Shown one piece after another: positions 26,988-36,441 of a stretch of DNA of 64,000 nt; within the stretch, counting starts at the first letter, position 1, and every line of letters begins with the position of its first letter. Below the pieces are notes generated by a model, which searched no databases, was not told the origin of the DNA, and worked only from the letters and a program-made list of their open reading frames with translations. The position numbers and the translations under genes were made by a program. This stretch comes from Patescibacteria group bacterium. GTDB lineage: Bacteria > Patescibacteriota > Microgenomatia > PFEM01 > JAHIFH01. Where the stretch lies: assembly GCA_035529375.1 (NCBI GenBank), contig DATKWU010000009.1, forward strand, positions 93,848-157,847. The letters run 5' to 3'.

Positions 26988-29200
26988 GCACTAACCAGCA
27001 AAGTAAATCTTGGATAGTCTGTCTTTCCACCTTCCCGCCACGACAATGCGGTATAGCCACCTTTACTGCTGACCTTACTAATGCTATTGACCAAATATTT
27101 GGATCGTCGGTTAAGTCAAAGATTGTCGCGATGAATCTTACTGAAATAAGTCATTTACCCTATTCTGACAAAGTAATTTTCCAGATAAGCCAGCCTCGTG
27201 AAGAGGACTATGTTAACGCTGCCTACAAACTCAACCATCTCGAAAAGGTAAGACTTGTCAACATTCAACATGAATTCGGTATTTTCGGAGGGAAATATGG
27301 TTCACACCTGCTTCTACTTCTGAAAAAACTTCAGAAACCGGTTGTTACCACATTTCACACCGTTCTTCCCGCTCCAGACGAAAAAATGCGCAACGTTGTT
27401 CAAACTATAATGAAATATTCTAAAGGGATAATCGTTATGACTAATTATTCAAAGGAACTTCTCAAGAAGGATTACGGATTAGATCCTGACCGCATCCAAG
27501 TCATTCCTCACGGAATTCATCGCGTTTCCTATAGAACCAGTGAACATGCCAAGTCTGTTTTCGGCTTTTCTGGCAAACTAATCCTTTCAACCTTTGGGTT
27601 ACTTAATCCCAGCAAGGGAATCGAGTATGTAATCGAGGCCCTACCACCGGTAGTAGAAAAGTTCCCTAATGTTCGATTCCTTGTCGCCGGGGTCACTCAT
27701 CCTAATATTCTGGAACAGGAAGGAGAAAACTACCGTAATTTTCTTATTAAAAAAGTTTATGAACTTGGCCTAAACGACTACGTTCTATTTTATAATACCT
27801 ATTTTAATATAAATAAACTCCTTAGATTTTTAGAGTCTACCGATGTCTATCTTTCCCCCTCCTTAAACCCAAAACAAACTGTCTCCGGCACTTTGTCTTA
27901 TGCCCTTGGCAGCGGTCGTCCGATCATATCCACAGCCTTTGCCCAAGCCAAACAAGACATCACGAGTGAGGTCGGCATATTGATTGACTTCAAAAACCCG
28001 CAGGCTTTTACCAATGCCATCATTAAATTAATAAGTAATAATGAATTATGTTTACAGATGGGTAAAAACGCTTATTTCCGCACCAGGCATATGACCTGGG
28101 AAAATGTTGCCCATTCCTACATGAAATATTTCTCGCAATTTGTGCCGGAGCTAACCCTGGGACAAAGAAAAATTCCATCCATAAAACTTGAACATTTGGC
28201 TAAATTGACTGATAATTTTGGCATTATTCAGTTTGCCAAGCTGACCGAACCAGATCTTTCTTCCGGATATACCTTAGATGATAATGCCCGAGCCTTAATC
28301 GCGGCCGCTCTTCATTATAAAAAATTTAGGACTCACTCTGCGCTAAAACTTGCCTCCATATATCTCAACTTTCTTTATCGGGTAGCTAAACCTGATGGTT
28401 ATTTTGATAATTATGTCAATTCAAACCGCGCTATTGATAAGCAAAGAAATGTCCAGGAAAATTCAGAAGATCCCAGTGCCAGGGCCCTATATGCTCTTGC
28501 CTTAGTTTCAACTACCAAACAAATCCCCAAACGCTTTAGAAAACAAGCCCATTCTCTTTTTGAACAAAGTTTCCAGAAAAACATTGCTTTCTCCTCGCCT
28601 CGCGCTATCGCTTTTTACATTAAGGCTCTCAATTGTTTGCTCTCAAAATGGAAAGAACCCAAGACTCTCGCTGTATTAAGGTCTTACTGTGAACAACTCA
28701 TGACTCTATATGAAAAAAGTCACCGGCCGGACTGGGAGTGGTTTGAGCATTATTTAACATATTCAAATGCCATCCTGCCAGAAGCACTCATCCTCGGTTA
28801 CAAAATAACCGGAGAGAGAAGATATCTCGAAGTGTCTGAAAAAACCCTTAACTTCTTAATTAAACATACCTTTAAGGACAGTATCTACATTCCTGTCGGC
28901 CAAAGTGGCTGGTTTCCCAAGGAAGGGATAAGACAGTATTTTGACCAACAGCCCGAAGATGTTGCTGCCACCGTAGAAGTTCTTAACATAATGTTTCAGG
29001 TAACAAACAGGAAGCATTACAAGGAATTAGCGAACATCGCATTTAACTGGTTTCTAGGGGATAATGTTCTTGGGCAGGTTGTATATGATCGGACCACTGG
29101 AGGATGCCATGATGGGATTGGGGAAAAATTTATTAATCTTAACCAGGGTGCCGAATCTACAATCTCTTACCTCTTAGCTCGCCTTTCTTTCGGGGGCTAA
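26984..29200 (+). CDS. GT4-family glycosyltransferase fused to a C-terminal domain of about 350 aa of unknown function
   Basis: 738 aa. The N-terminal 380 aa have GT-B/GT4 features (E-x7-E region, PSLNPKQTVSGTLSYALGSGRPIIST). The C-terminal half is alpha-helical, with a possible six-hairpin glycosidase-like fold. Confidence 0.7.
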   Translation: MSTNQQSKSWIVCLSTFPPRQCGIATFTADLTNAIDQIFGSSVKSKIVAMNLTEISHLPYSDKVIFQISQPREEDYVNAAYKLNHLEKVRLVNIQHEFGIFGGKYGSHLLLLLKKLQKPVVTTFHTVLPAPDEKMRNVVQTIMKYSKGIIVMTNYSKELLKKDYGLDPDRIQVIPHGIHRVSYRTSEHAKSVFGFSGKLILSTFGLLNPSKGIEYVIEALPPVVEKFPNVRFLVAGVTHPNILEQEGENYRNFLIKKVYELGLNDYVLFYNTYFNINKLLRFLESTDVYLSPSLNPKQTVSGTLSYALGSGRPIISTAFAQAKQDITSEVGILIDFKNPQAFTNAIIKLISNNELCLQMGKNAYFRTRHMTWENVAHSYMKYFSQFVPELTLGQRKIPSIKLEHLAKLTDNFGIIQFAKLTEPDLSSGYTLDDNARALIAAALHYKKFRTHSALKLASIYLNFLYRVAKPDGYFDNYVNSNRAIDKQRNVQENSEDPSARALYALALVSTTKQIPKRFRKQAHSLFEQSFQKNIAFSSPRAIAFYIKALNCLLSKWKEPKTLAVLRSYCEQLMTLYEKSHRPDWEWFEHYLTYSNAILPEALILGYKITGERRYLEVSEKTLNFLIKHTFKDSIYIPVGQSGWFPKEGIRQYFDQQPEDVAATVEVLNIMFQVTNRKHYKELANIAFNWFLGDNVLGQVVYDRTTGGCHDGIGEKFINLNQGAESTISYLLARLSFGG

Positions 29201-29240
29201 AACCAGCACTTGGGTGTCGAACGAAGCCCTTTTTTTATAC

Positions 29241-29313
29241 TGTCTCATTTGTCTCATTTTTTCTAAAATTAGGTTGAGTTATAAGGATAGAAAATTGCTA
29301 GACCGAGCTGCCC
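29241..29313 (+). repeat. Composite T-R element, copy E
   Basis: T at 29241-29257 (TGTCTCATTTGTCTCAT), GTTATAAGG at 29278-29286, and a degenerate R (GCTAGACCGAGCTGCCC) at 29297-29313. It lies 41 bp after the glycosyltransferase stop. Confidence 0.7.
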
Positions 29314-29370
29314 AAACACATTAAACAAATCTCAAAATTTTATACCATGTGTTTTTGATATACTCTACAT

Positions 29371-29730
29371 ATGGAAGGTTGTATTTTTTGTAAAATTGTG
29401 AATAAACAGGCTCCCGCAAAAATAGTTTTTGAGGATGAGTTTGTTTTAGCGCTTGTTCCCAAAGGTGAAGTATCAAAGGGTCATACTCTTCTAATTCCCA
29501 AATTACATTTTGAAAATATTTTTGATGTTGATGAAAAATTATTTGCTCATTTTGCCAAGATAATGAAAAATTTATCAAAGAAACTGGTAAGAGAAAATAA
29601 CGCGACTGGAATAAATATCCTTAATGCTAATGGAAGAGACGCACAACAATCAGTCCTTCATTTACACTTCCATTTAGTTCCTCGTTATCCCAATGATGGA
29701 CTAGATATGTGGATTAAGCAGAAACTATAA
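29371..29730 (+). CDS. HIT family protein (HINT-like)
   Basis: 119 aa. Histidine triad HLHFHLVPRY, N-terminal CIFCKI. Confidence 0.8.
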   Translation: MEGCIFCKIVNKQAPAKIVFEDEFVLALVPKGEVSKGHTLLIPKLHFENIFDVDEKLFAHFAKIMKNLSKKLVRENNATGINILNANGRDAQQSVLHLHFHLVPRYPNDGLDMWIKQKL

Positions 29731-29822
29731 TATTATCAAAAGCAAGAATAATTATTTGATCAGAAGCTAATATAGTAAGTCCAAATTCAGTTCACGGTTC
29801 GCTGCCAAGCACTTTTTTACAT

Positions 29823-29888
29823 TATCTCATTCGTCTCATTTACCCTTGAGTTATAATGACATGAAGGTTCTAGACCAACCGGCTCAGC
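29823..29888 (+). repeat. Composite T-R element, copy F
   Basis: T-like TATCTCATTCGTCTCAT at 29823-29839, GTTATAATG at 29850-29858, and R (GGTTCTAGACCAACCGGCTCAGC) at 29866-29888. Confidence 0.7.
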
Positions 29889-29901
29889 GAGTCACCCGCT
29901 T

Positions 29902-30633
29902 TCATGTTTGCTTCTCAATTCTCTCAAAGAATTTATCTATATCTGCATCAACATCTTTCCATATTCTTAGACATTTCTTATAATAATCTTTATGTTCTGG
30001 ATAGGGGTTTGTTTTGATAGAAAAAAGCTTTTGATATTCTTCTGAGTTTAAGAGAATGACATCATGAACTTCTGATAAATCCCAAAGGGGGACTTTGAAT
30101 TTATTATGTAATTTCTTATTCATTTCCTTTTCTATGGTTCTTTTAAATTTAGGTAAGTATTTTCTTCTAACATATTCAAAGAAAATAAAATGAATCATCT
30201 CGTGGGCTGTAATAACTTTCCAATGATCATCATTTCCTAAATCGACCTGAAAAATTTTTTTGTCTAAAAATCTTGGATAAGGAAGAGAGACTGAAAGGAT
30301 AGCCTTGTATTCCCCTTCAGGCCAGGGAGTATCTCTAAAAATATTATTTGTAATCTTAAAAAAACTTCCACTAATCTTGTCCCAATCTTTTTGCATTCTT
30401 TTACTTTTTTTAATTAAGGCATTGCCAAACGAATCATAAAGTTTATTTATATATTTAGTAATTTCTTTTTCTCTTTCCTCCTTTGAAAGATTAATAACAA
30501 TCTTTAAATCAGGATGCACCCCGAAAATCTTTTTTCTGAAATAATCTTGTTGCCATTCTTTATTTAAAAACTCGTTTATTTTCCAAATATCAAATTCACG
30601 ATCAACATGGAAGGTAACTTTAGGATTTCCCAT
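29902..30633 (-). CDS. Hypothetical protein with an HExxH motif (putative zinc metallopeptidase)
   Basis: 243 aa. Contains AHEMIHFIF (H-E-x-x-H). Confidence 0.45.
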   Translation of the reverse strand: MGNPKVTFHVDREFDIWKINEFLNKEWQQDYFRKKIFGVHPDLKIVINLSKEEREKEITKYINKLYDSFGNALIKKSKRMQKDWDKISGSFFKITNNIFRDTPWPEGEYKAILSVSLPYPRFLDKKIFQVDLGNDDHWKVITAHEMIHFIFFEYVRRKYLPKFKRTIEKEMNKKLHNKFKVPLWDLSEVHDVILLNSEEYQKLFSIKTNPYPEHKDYYKKCLRIWKDVDADIDKFFERIEKQT

Positions 30634-30671
30634 ATCTTCTTATTATAATGATTAGAAGTATTGAATTACAG

Positions 30672-30708
30672 GTTATAATAAAAAAGGCTCTAGACCAGCC
30701 CGCTTAGC
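30672..30708 (+). repeat. R-repeat copy G (GTTATAATA + GGCTCTAGACCAGCCCGCTTAGC)
   Basis: Family match (CTTAGC variant) lying between the divergent HExxH gene and the HDAC-like gene. Confidence 0.7.
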
Positions 30709-30710
30709 AA

Positions 30711-31547
30711 ATGAATATTTTATTTAATAGGAAATTCCTAAATTATAATCAAAGCAGTAATTATGAAGGTGCATATAGAGTAAGGGGTTTTGAGAACCAA
30801 TACCCGGACATAACCGTAGATTTTGATCCTGTTTCATACATTATAGAAACCCATTCTAAAAGATACTTTGAAAAGATAAAAAAATCTTGCGAGAAGGAGA
30901 TTGAACTGGTTGGGCTACATCTTACTAAAGAATGCTTTGAAGCAGCAATATTAGCGGTTGGGCTCACTATTAAAGCTTCAGAAAAGGGAGACTTTGCCGT
31001 TGTTAGACCTCCAGGACATCATGCCGGTAGAGAGAAGGCATCAGGCTTTTGTTTATTTAATAACATTGCAATCTCAGCCAATAAACTTCTGGGCGAAGGG
31101 AAAAGAATAGGTCTATTAGATATAGATGGTCATCACGGAGACGGCACACAAGCACTATTGGAAAACCAAGAAAATGTTTTCTTTTATTCAATCCATGAAT
31201 CAGGGGTTTTTCCTGGAACGGGAATAGATTCCAAGAACAACTACTATAATATTCCTCTCCAGCCACCCATTTCCGAGGAGGTATATCTAGAGGCTTTGGA
31301 AGATTGTATTCAAAAATTAACGATATTCAACCCAGATATTTTAGGAGTTTCAGTGGGTTTCGATACTTTTGAAAAAGACAAACTTCTTGATTTTAAGCTC
31401 AGTTGCAACACATATAGGCAAATCGGATATGAATTAAAACTAAATTTCACAAACATCTATGCAGTGCTAGAAGGAGGTTACCACGATAAAATCAAAGATT
31501 GCGCCGAAAGTTTTGTGGTTGGAGTAAATTCTGCTATTAACCAATAG
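30711..31547 (+). CDS. Histone deacetylase / acetoin-utilisation AcuC family hydrolase
   Basis: 278 aa. HDAC motifs PPGHHA, GFCLFNNIA, DIDGHHGDGTQ. Confidence 0.8.
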   Translation: MNILFNRKFLNYNQSSNYEGAYRVRGFENQYPDITVDFDPVSYIIETHSKRYFEKIKKSCEKEIELVGLHLTKECFEAAILAVGLTIKASEKGDFAVVRPPGHHAGREKASGFCLFNNIAISANKLLGEGKRIGLLDIDGHHGDGTQALLENQENVFFYSIHESGVFPGTGIDSKNNYYNIPLQPPISEEVYLEALEDCIQKLTIFNPDILGVSVGFDTFEKDKLLDFKLSCNTYRQIGYELKLNFTNIYAVLEGGYHDKIKDCAESFVVGVNSAINQ

Positions 31548-31586
31548 GTTTGAACTCTATCCACGGTTCGCAGTAGAATTGAAATT

Positions 31587-32165
31587 ATGAAAACTAAAAA
31601 AGTCAACTGTATTATTATTCATGGATGTCCTTGGGATATTAAAAAGGCAATGGATGCCAAAACTAGAACTTATGATAAACGTTGGATTCCTTGGCTAAAA
31701 AAAGAATTAACTTCTCGAGGAATAAAAACCAAAGCTCCCCTAATGCCTAAACCCTGGTATCCAGACTACCAAGCCTTTAAAAAGAAATTCGAAAGATATG
31801 AAGTCACCAATAACTCTATTCTAATTGGTCATAGCTGTAGTTGTGCCTTCTTAGTTCGCTGGTTAGGAGAAACAAAAAGGAAAGTAAAAAAACTTATCTT
31901 GGTTGCTCCTTGGAAAATTCCGGATAAGAATAATCAATTAGAAAAATTACTCTATGAATACCCTATTGATAAAAAGATTAAGGCAAGAGTAAAAGAAATT
32001 GTCATGTTTACCGCCGATAACGAGGAAAAAGATGGTAAAAAGAGTTTAAAAATTTTCCACAAAGTCTTAGGAGGAAAAATAATTGAACTTAAAGGAAGAG
32101 GTCATTACACCCTAGAATATATGAAAAATCAAGAATTTCCTGAATTATTAAAGGAAATAGTTTAA
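31587..32165 (+). CDS. Alpha/beta hydrolase (YdeN/RBBP9-like serine hydrolase)
   Basis: 192 aa. Nucleophile elbow G-H-S-C-S and an IIHG start typical of the family. Confidence 0.55.
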   Translation: MKTKKVNCIIIHGCPWDIKKAMDAKTRTYDKRWIPWLKKELTSRGIKTKAPLMPKPWYPDYQAFKKKFERYEVTNNSILIGHSCSCAFLVRWLGETKRKVKKLILVAPWKIPDKNNQLEKLLYEYPIDKKIKARVKEIVMFTADNEEKDGKKSLKIFHKVLGGKIIELKGRGHYTLEYMKNQEFPELLKEIV

Positions 32166-32203
32166 GTTATAAGGATAAAAAGAGCCTAGACTGGCCTGCT
32201 CAG
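32166..32203 (+). repeat. R-repeat copy H (GTTATAAGG + GAGCCTAGACTGGCCTGCTCAG)
   Basis: Begins 1 bp after the hydrolase stop codon. Sits between the hydrolase and the 3' end of obg. Confidence 0.7.
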
Positions 32204-32230
32204 TAACGAACCACTCGCTATCGCTCGGGT

Positions 32231-33244
32231 TCATCTCTTCGCCGAGGCAAAAGATTTTAAAATAAGGGTTCTTAGTTTTCCCAAACTATCCCGATCATGA
32301 ATAGAAACGGGTAATATTTGTTTTTTCAGTTTTTTTAATGCCTTAAACTTTTGTTTTACTTCTTTCTCTGATTTTAAATCTGTTTTGGTAAGAAGAATAA
32401 TTTCCGGTATCTTTAATAATTTTGGATTATAACTTTTTAGTTCGTTCCTGATTTGTTGATAGTTTTTTTCGGGCTCTTTAAGTTCACAAGAAAGACAATG
32501 AAATAAGAGTGAAACTTTTTCAATATGTTTTAAAAATTTGATCCCTAAACCTTTTCCTTTAGAAGCTCCTTCTATAAGTCCTGGAATATCAGCAATAATT
32601 TTACCATCCAATTCTCCCAAGTTAGGCTCAAGAGTAGTAAAAGGGTAATCGCCGATTTTTGGATTAGCGTTTGTTATCTCTTTAAGCAAACTGCTTTTAC
32701 CGGCATTAGGAAAGCCAATAAGCCCATAATCAGCTACAAGCTTAAGATTAATATATAAATCTCTTTCCTGACCTTTAAAACCACTTTGGGCATACATTGG
32801 CGTCACATTTCTAGAAGAACGATATTCCCAGTTGCCTTTACCTCCCCAGCCTCCCTGACACAAAAGAAGACGACAGTCTTTGTCAGTCACTTCAAAAACT
32901 TCTTTAGAATTCTTATCAGTAATAATAGTCCCAATTGGAAGTTTAACTTCTAAATCCTCAGCAAACTTGCCGTCTTTTTTATTTAACATCCCATGCTGAC
33001 CATTTTTTGCTTCGATTTTGACGCTTTTTGAAAGATTAGAAAGAGCGTAAATATCTGAAGTAGAGGTAATAAAAATACTGCCACCCTTTCCCCCATTGCC
33101 TCCATCTGGACCTCTTCTTCCTTTATAAAAAGAAACTTTTCCATTTCCGCCATCCCCCGCCTTAAACTTAATATTTATTTCTGTAATTAACATTGTTTTC
33201 TTCATTATATCAGGCAGGTTGAAATCTGTGAATTCAACCTTCAA
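32231..33244 (-). CDS. obg: GTPase Obg/CgtA (no TGS extension)
   Basis: 337 aa. Obg fold with Gly-rich repeats (GDGGNGKVSF, GGNGGKGGSIF) and a G domain (GLIGFPNAGKSSLL, DIPGLIEGA, TKTD). Confidence 0.85.
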   Translation of the reverse strand: MKVEFTDFNLPDIMKKTMLITEINIKFKAGDGGNGKVSFYKGRRGPDGGNGGKGGSIFITSTSDIYALSNLSKSVKIEAKNGQHGMLNKKDGKFAEDLEVKLPIGTIITDKNSKEVFEVTDKDCRLLLCQGGWGGKGNWEYRSSRNVTPMYAQSGFKGQERDLYINLKLVADYGLIGFPNAGKSSLLKEITNANPKIGDYPFTTLEPNLGELDGKIIADIPGLIEGASKGKGLGIKFLKHIEKVSLLFHCLSCELKEPEKNYQQIRNELKSYNPKLLKIPEIILLTKTDLKSEKEVKQKFKALKKLKKQILPVSIHDRDSLGKLRTLILKSFASAKR

Positions 33245-33316
33245 AGTGCTTTAGTTATTACACCTTGAAAGTGCTAGAAAAAGGCTGGGTAGATTTAGTG
33301 GGAGATAAAGTAGGGT

Positions 33317-33523
33317 GTGCGAGGTTTTACTCAAGCTCTTACTAAAGAGTATCCGAATCTTAAAGTTTATAATTTTGTTTCTGGTGGTGTAGCCACACGG
33401 ATGAAAAATTTTAAAGACATCGCATCTGATAAAATTGCCCAATTAATCTTAGATTTTGCTAAAGAAAAGGACACTTTGAAATCAGGTTCAGACATCAACG
33501 CGAGAGACTTCATTAAATATTAA
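33317..33523 (+). pseudogene. Remnant of a short-chain dehydrogenase/reductase (C-terminal fragment)
   Basis: The 68-aa ORF reads RGFTQALTKEYPNLKVYNFVSGGVATRM, which resembles the C-terminal third of SDR enzymes. There is no upstream Rossmann/catalytic part. Confidence 0.35.
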
Positions 33524-33605
33524 TACAAAAGCCACACCCAATGACTTTCCTTCTTCAAAATTAGAACTTCAAATAACTTATGAAAATGTTAAAATGGCCT
33601 AAATC

Positions 33606-33935
33606 ATGAATATTATAATTAAGAAGAAGGTAACAAAGAAGCAACTCCACGAATTAGGCAGACATTTTGATGGATATATAAAAGTTGTTGTTGACGTTGA
33701 AAGAGAAATTCTTGCCGGCGGAGCAGGTAGACATTTCGAAGAAGAGAAAATACTACTAACAAATGGATCAAAGCAGAAAGATTTATGGGGAGGCGGTTTT
33801 GATGCTAAAACTAAAGAGATTGATTATAATTCAGTTATAAATTTAAGACCCAATCAGGAAAATCCCAGTAGAGACATTCTTTCTTTAGATATAAGAAAAA
33901 AGTTTGATGATATCATTAAAAAACTTTTTCTTTAA
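33606..33935 (+). CDS. Hypothetical protein
   Basis: 109 aa ORF. No recognised motif. Confidence 0.4.
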   Translation: MNIIIKKKVTKKQLHELGRHFDGYIKVVVDVEREILAGGAGRHFEEEKILLTNGSKQKDLWGGGFDAKTKEIDYNSVINLRPNQENPSRDILSLDIRKKFDDIIKKLFL

Positions 33936-33940
33936 TATAT

Positions 33941-34246
33941 ATGGATAATCGAGCTAAAGTATTAGATATTGCCATGAACTTGAACCGTATAGGTAATTGG
34001 GCCGCCGATGATTATTCCGGTAAAAAAGAAAGAATAAAGACTTTTTTGAGAAATACTTCTTCTTATATTCAAGATTTAGACAAAAATTCCTTACCTAGTG
34101 CCTTTATGAGTACTTTTAATAATTTTGTGAAGGAATATCACTCTCTTGAAAAAGAGGGTATCAAAAAACCCAAGAATCCGGTTTTTTGGGCAGAGGATAT
34201 GATGACTTGGGGAAATATTCTCACCCACCGCTCCAAACTTATTTAA
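33941..34246 (+). CDS. Hypothetical protein
   Basis: 101 aa ORF, 5 bp after the previous one. No motif. Confidence 0.4.
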   Translation: MDNRAKVLDIAMNLNRIGNWAADDYSGKKERIKTFLRNTSSYIQDLDKNSLPSAFMSTFNNFVKEYHSLEKEGIKKPKNPVFWAEDMMTWGNILTHRSKLI

Positions 34247-34290
34247 AATAAAATCTAGACTTTTTGGACTCGAATATAGGGCTAGAATGG

Positions 34291-34311
34291 GGCTAGACCG
34301 GCCTGCTCAAC
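34291..34311 (+). repeat. R-repeat copy I (GGCTAGACCGGCCTGCTCAAC, preceded by the partial duplicate GGGCTAGAATGG)
   Basis: Family match with an adjacent truncated duplicate. Sits between the small hypothetical genes and the 3' end of typA. Confidence 0.65.
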
Positions 34312-34353
34312 ATAAGAATTTTAACTTTAGAATAAATTTTAAAAAAGGCAGAT

Positions 34354-36152
34354 CTATTTAAGACCTTTTGCTTGGCGTTTGGCTTCATTTAAATCCAAAA
34401 TTATTTTTCTGATTCTTACTGCCTTGGGAGTAACGTCAACCAGCTCCGTATTATCAATATAATCCAGGGCGGCATCCAAATCCATAATTTTTGGTGTATT
34501 TAAATGTCTGGTAACCCCCTCACCTTTGGAACGCATATTGGATAATTGTTTTTCTTTGCAGACATTAACAGACAAATCACCCAGCCGGGAGTTTTGACCA
34601 ACTACCTGGCCTTTATAAACTTCCACATTTTGACCGATAAATAATTCTCCCTGATCCTGAACATTAGTTAAACCATAAATCCTGGTCAGACTTGACTCAT
34701 GGGCAACCAAGGAGCCATGCTCTCTTTCTTTCAAGGTGCCTTTTTGGGGTATATATTTATAAAACACGGTATTTAAAATACCTAAGCCATGGGTGTCGAT
34801 CATAAATTTAGTCCGGTAACCGAATAGTCCCTGAGTAGGAATAATAAATTCAAGATAAACGATATTGTTATTGGTTTGCATTTGTCTTATTTCGCCAAAA
34901 CGGCTGTTTAATTTTTGGATAACCGCACCAGAATATTCTTCCGGTACTTCGATAAAAACCTCATCACAAGGAATCATTTTTTGGCCGCCAATATTTTTCA
35001 CAATAACTTGCGGTTGGGAAACTTGCAAAGAAAAACCTTCACGGCGAAGGCGTTCGATAAAAATCGCCAGATGTAGTTCGCCTCTGCCGGAAACAATCCA
35101 GCCGCCTTGTGGGCTATCTTCAATACGCAAGGCCACATCATTATCCAGTTCTTTATATAATCTTTCCCTGATTTGACGGGAGGTCGTGTATAAACCTTCC
35201 CTGCCGCCAAATGGTGAAGAGTTAACTTCGAAAGTCATCTTTACTGTCGGTTCTTCTATTTGTAAAAGAGGCAGTGCTTGAGGTTTTAGAACGTCAGTAA
35301 TTGTCTCGCCGATAGTGATATCAGGAATCCCGGCAATGGCGACAATTTCTCCGGCTTGAGCCTGGGGTGTTTCCACTTGTTCCAAACCCTGAAATGTCAT
35401 TAAAGAAGTTAAACAATATTTTTTCATTATCCCTATGCGATTAATATGCATCACTTCCTGGTTAGCTTTTAGACTGCCATTATAAATTCTACCCCGGGCC
35501 ACTCGGCCTTTAAAATTATCCCGGCTAATAGAAGTAACCAGCATTTGTAAGGGTTTGCTCAAGTCAGCTTTCGGAGCAGGCACCTGTTTAATAATTTCTT
35601 CAAACAAAATCGAAATATCAGTCATTTTACTAAGATCCGGGTCCAGTCCGGCTTTACCAAATTTTGCCGATGCATAAACAATGGGAAACTCAGCCGTTTG
35701 CTCATCAACCCCTAAGTTAATAAACAAATCAAAAGTTTTGTTTAAAGCTTTACTGATATTGACATTAGATTGATCAATTTTATTGATGACCACAATAATT
35801 TTATGTTTTAACTCCAAAGCTTTTTTCAAAACAAATCTGGTTTGAGGCATGGGGCCGTCATGAGCATCAATTAACAAAAGCGAGCCGTCAGCCATTTGCA
35901 AAACCCGTTCGACTTCACCCCCGAAGTCGGCGTGTCCCGGCGTATCAATAATATTAATTTTGACACCACGCCACATAATCGAGGCATTTTTAGAAAAAAT
36001 AGTGATGCCTCGTTCGCGCTCCAATTCGTTACTGTCCATAATACAGACGGTATCGGTCATTTCTTTGCCAAGATGGGTGGCAGATTGGCGAAGTAAAGCA
36101 TCCACTAAAGTGGTTTTACCGTGATCTACATGAGCGATAATGGCTATATTGC
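34354..36152 (-). CDS. typA: Translational GTPase TypA/BipA
   Basis: The listed ORF has an implausible 58-aa N-terminal extension. The real start is likely the ATG at 36150-36152, which has a GGAG Shine-Dalgarno. 599 aa, beginning MEIRNIAIIAHVDHGKTTLVD. Confidence 0.9.
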
Positions 36153-36441
36153 GAATTTCCATAAAATTAACTCCTATTAATAAAAAATACCTATTTCTAG
36201 GCATTTCAACCCGACGCCTATTATACTTCATTTCCGTGTCAAAATAAATTATCTGGATATTTGGCAAACTGTGGAAGGGATTGCTCTTATTTTTATCGAC
36301 CAAAATTCTGCGAGGACGAATCAAAATTAGAATCACCTATCCCTAGGCTCTAATAAGATGTATAATTAAGAGTATTAACCACATAAAAATATTTCTTCTC
36401 CCTTAAGATTTATTTTGTGCTTTATTAGTAAAAACTTTTTT

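Noticed and set aside
29321-29578. Minus-strand 85-aa ORF overlapping the HIT gene start and the T-R composite E
   Set aside because: It overlaps a conserved HIT protein ORF and a repeat element, and has no motif. It is likely spurious.
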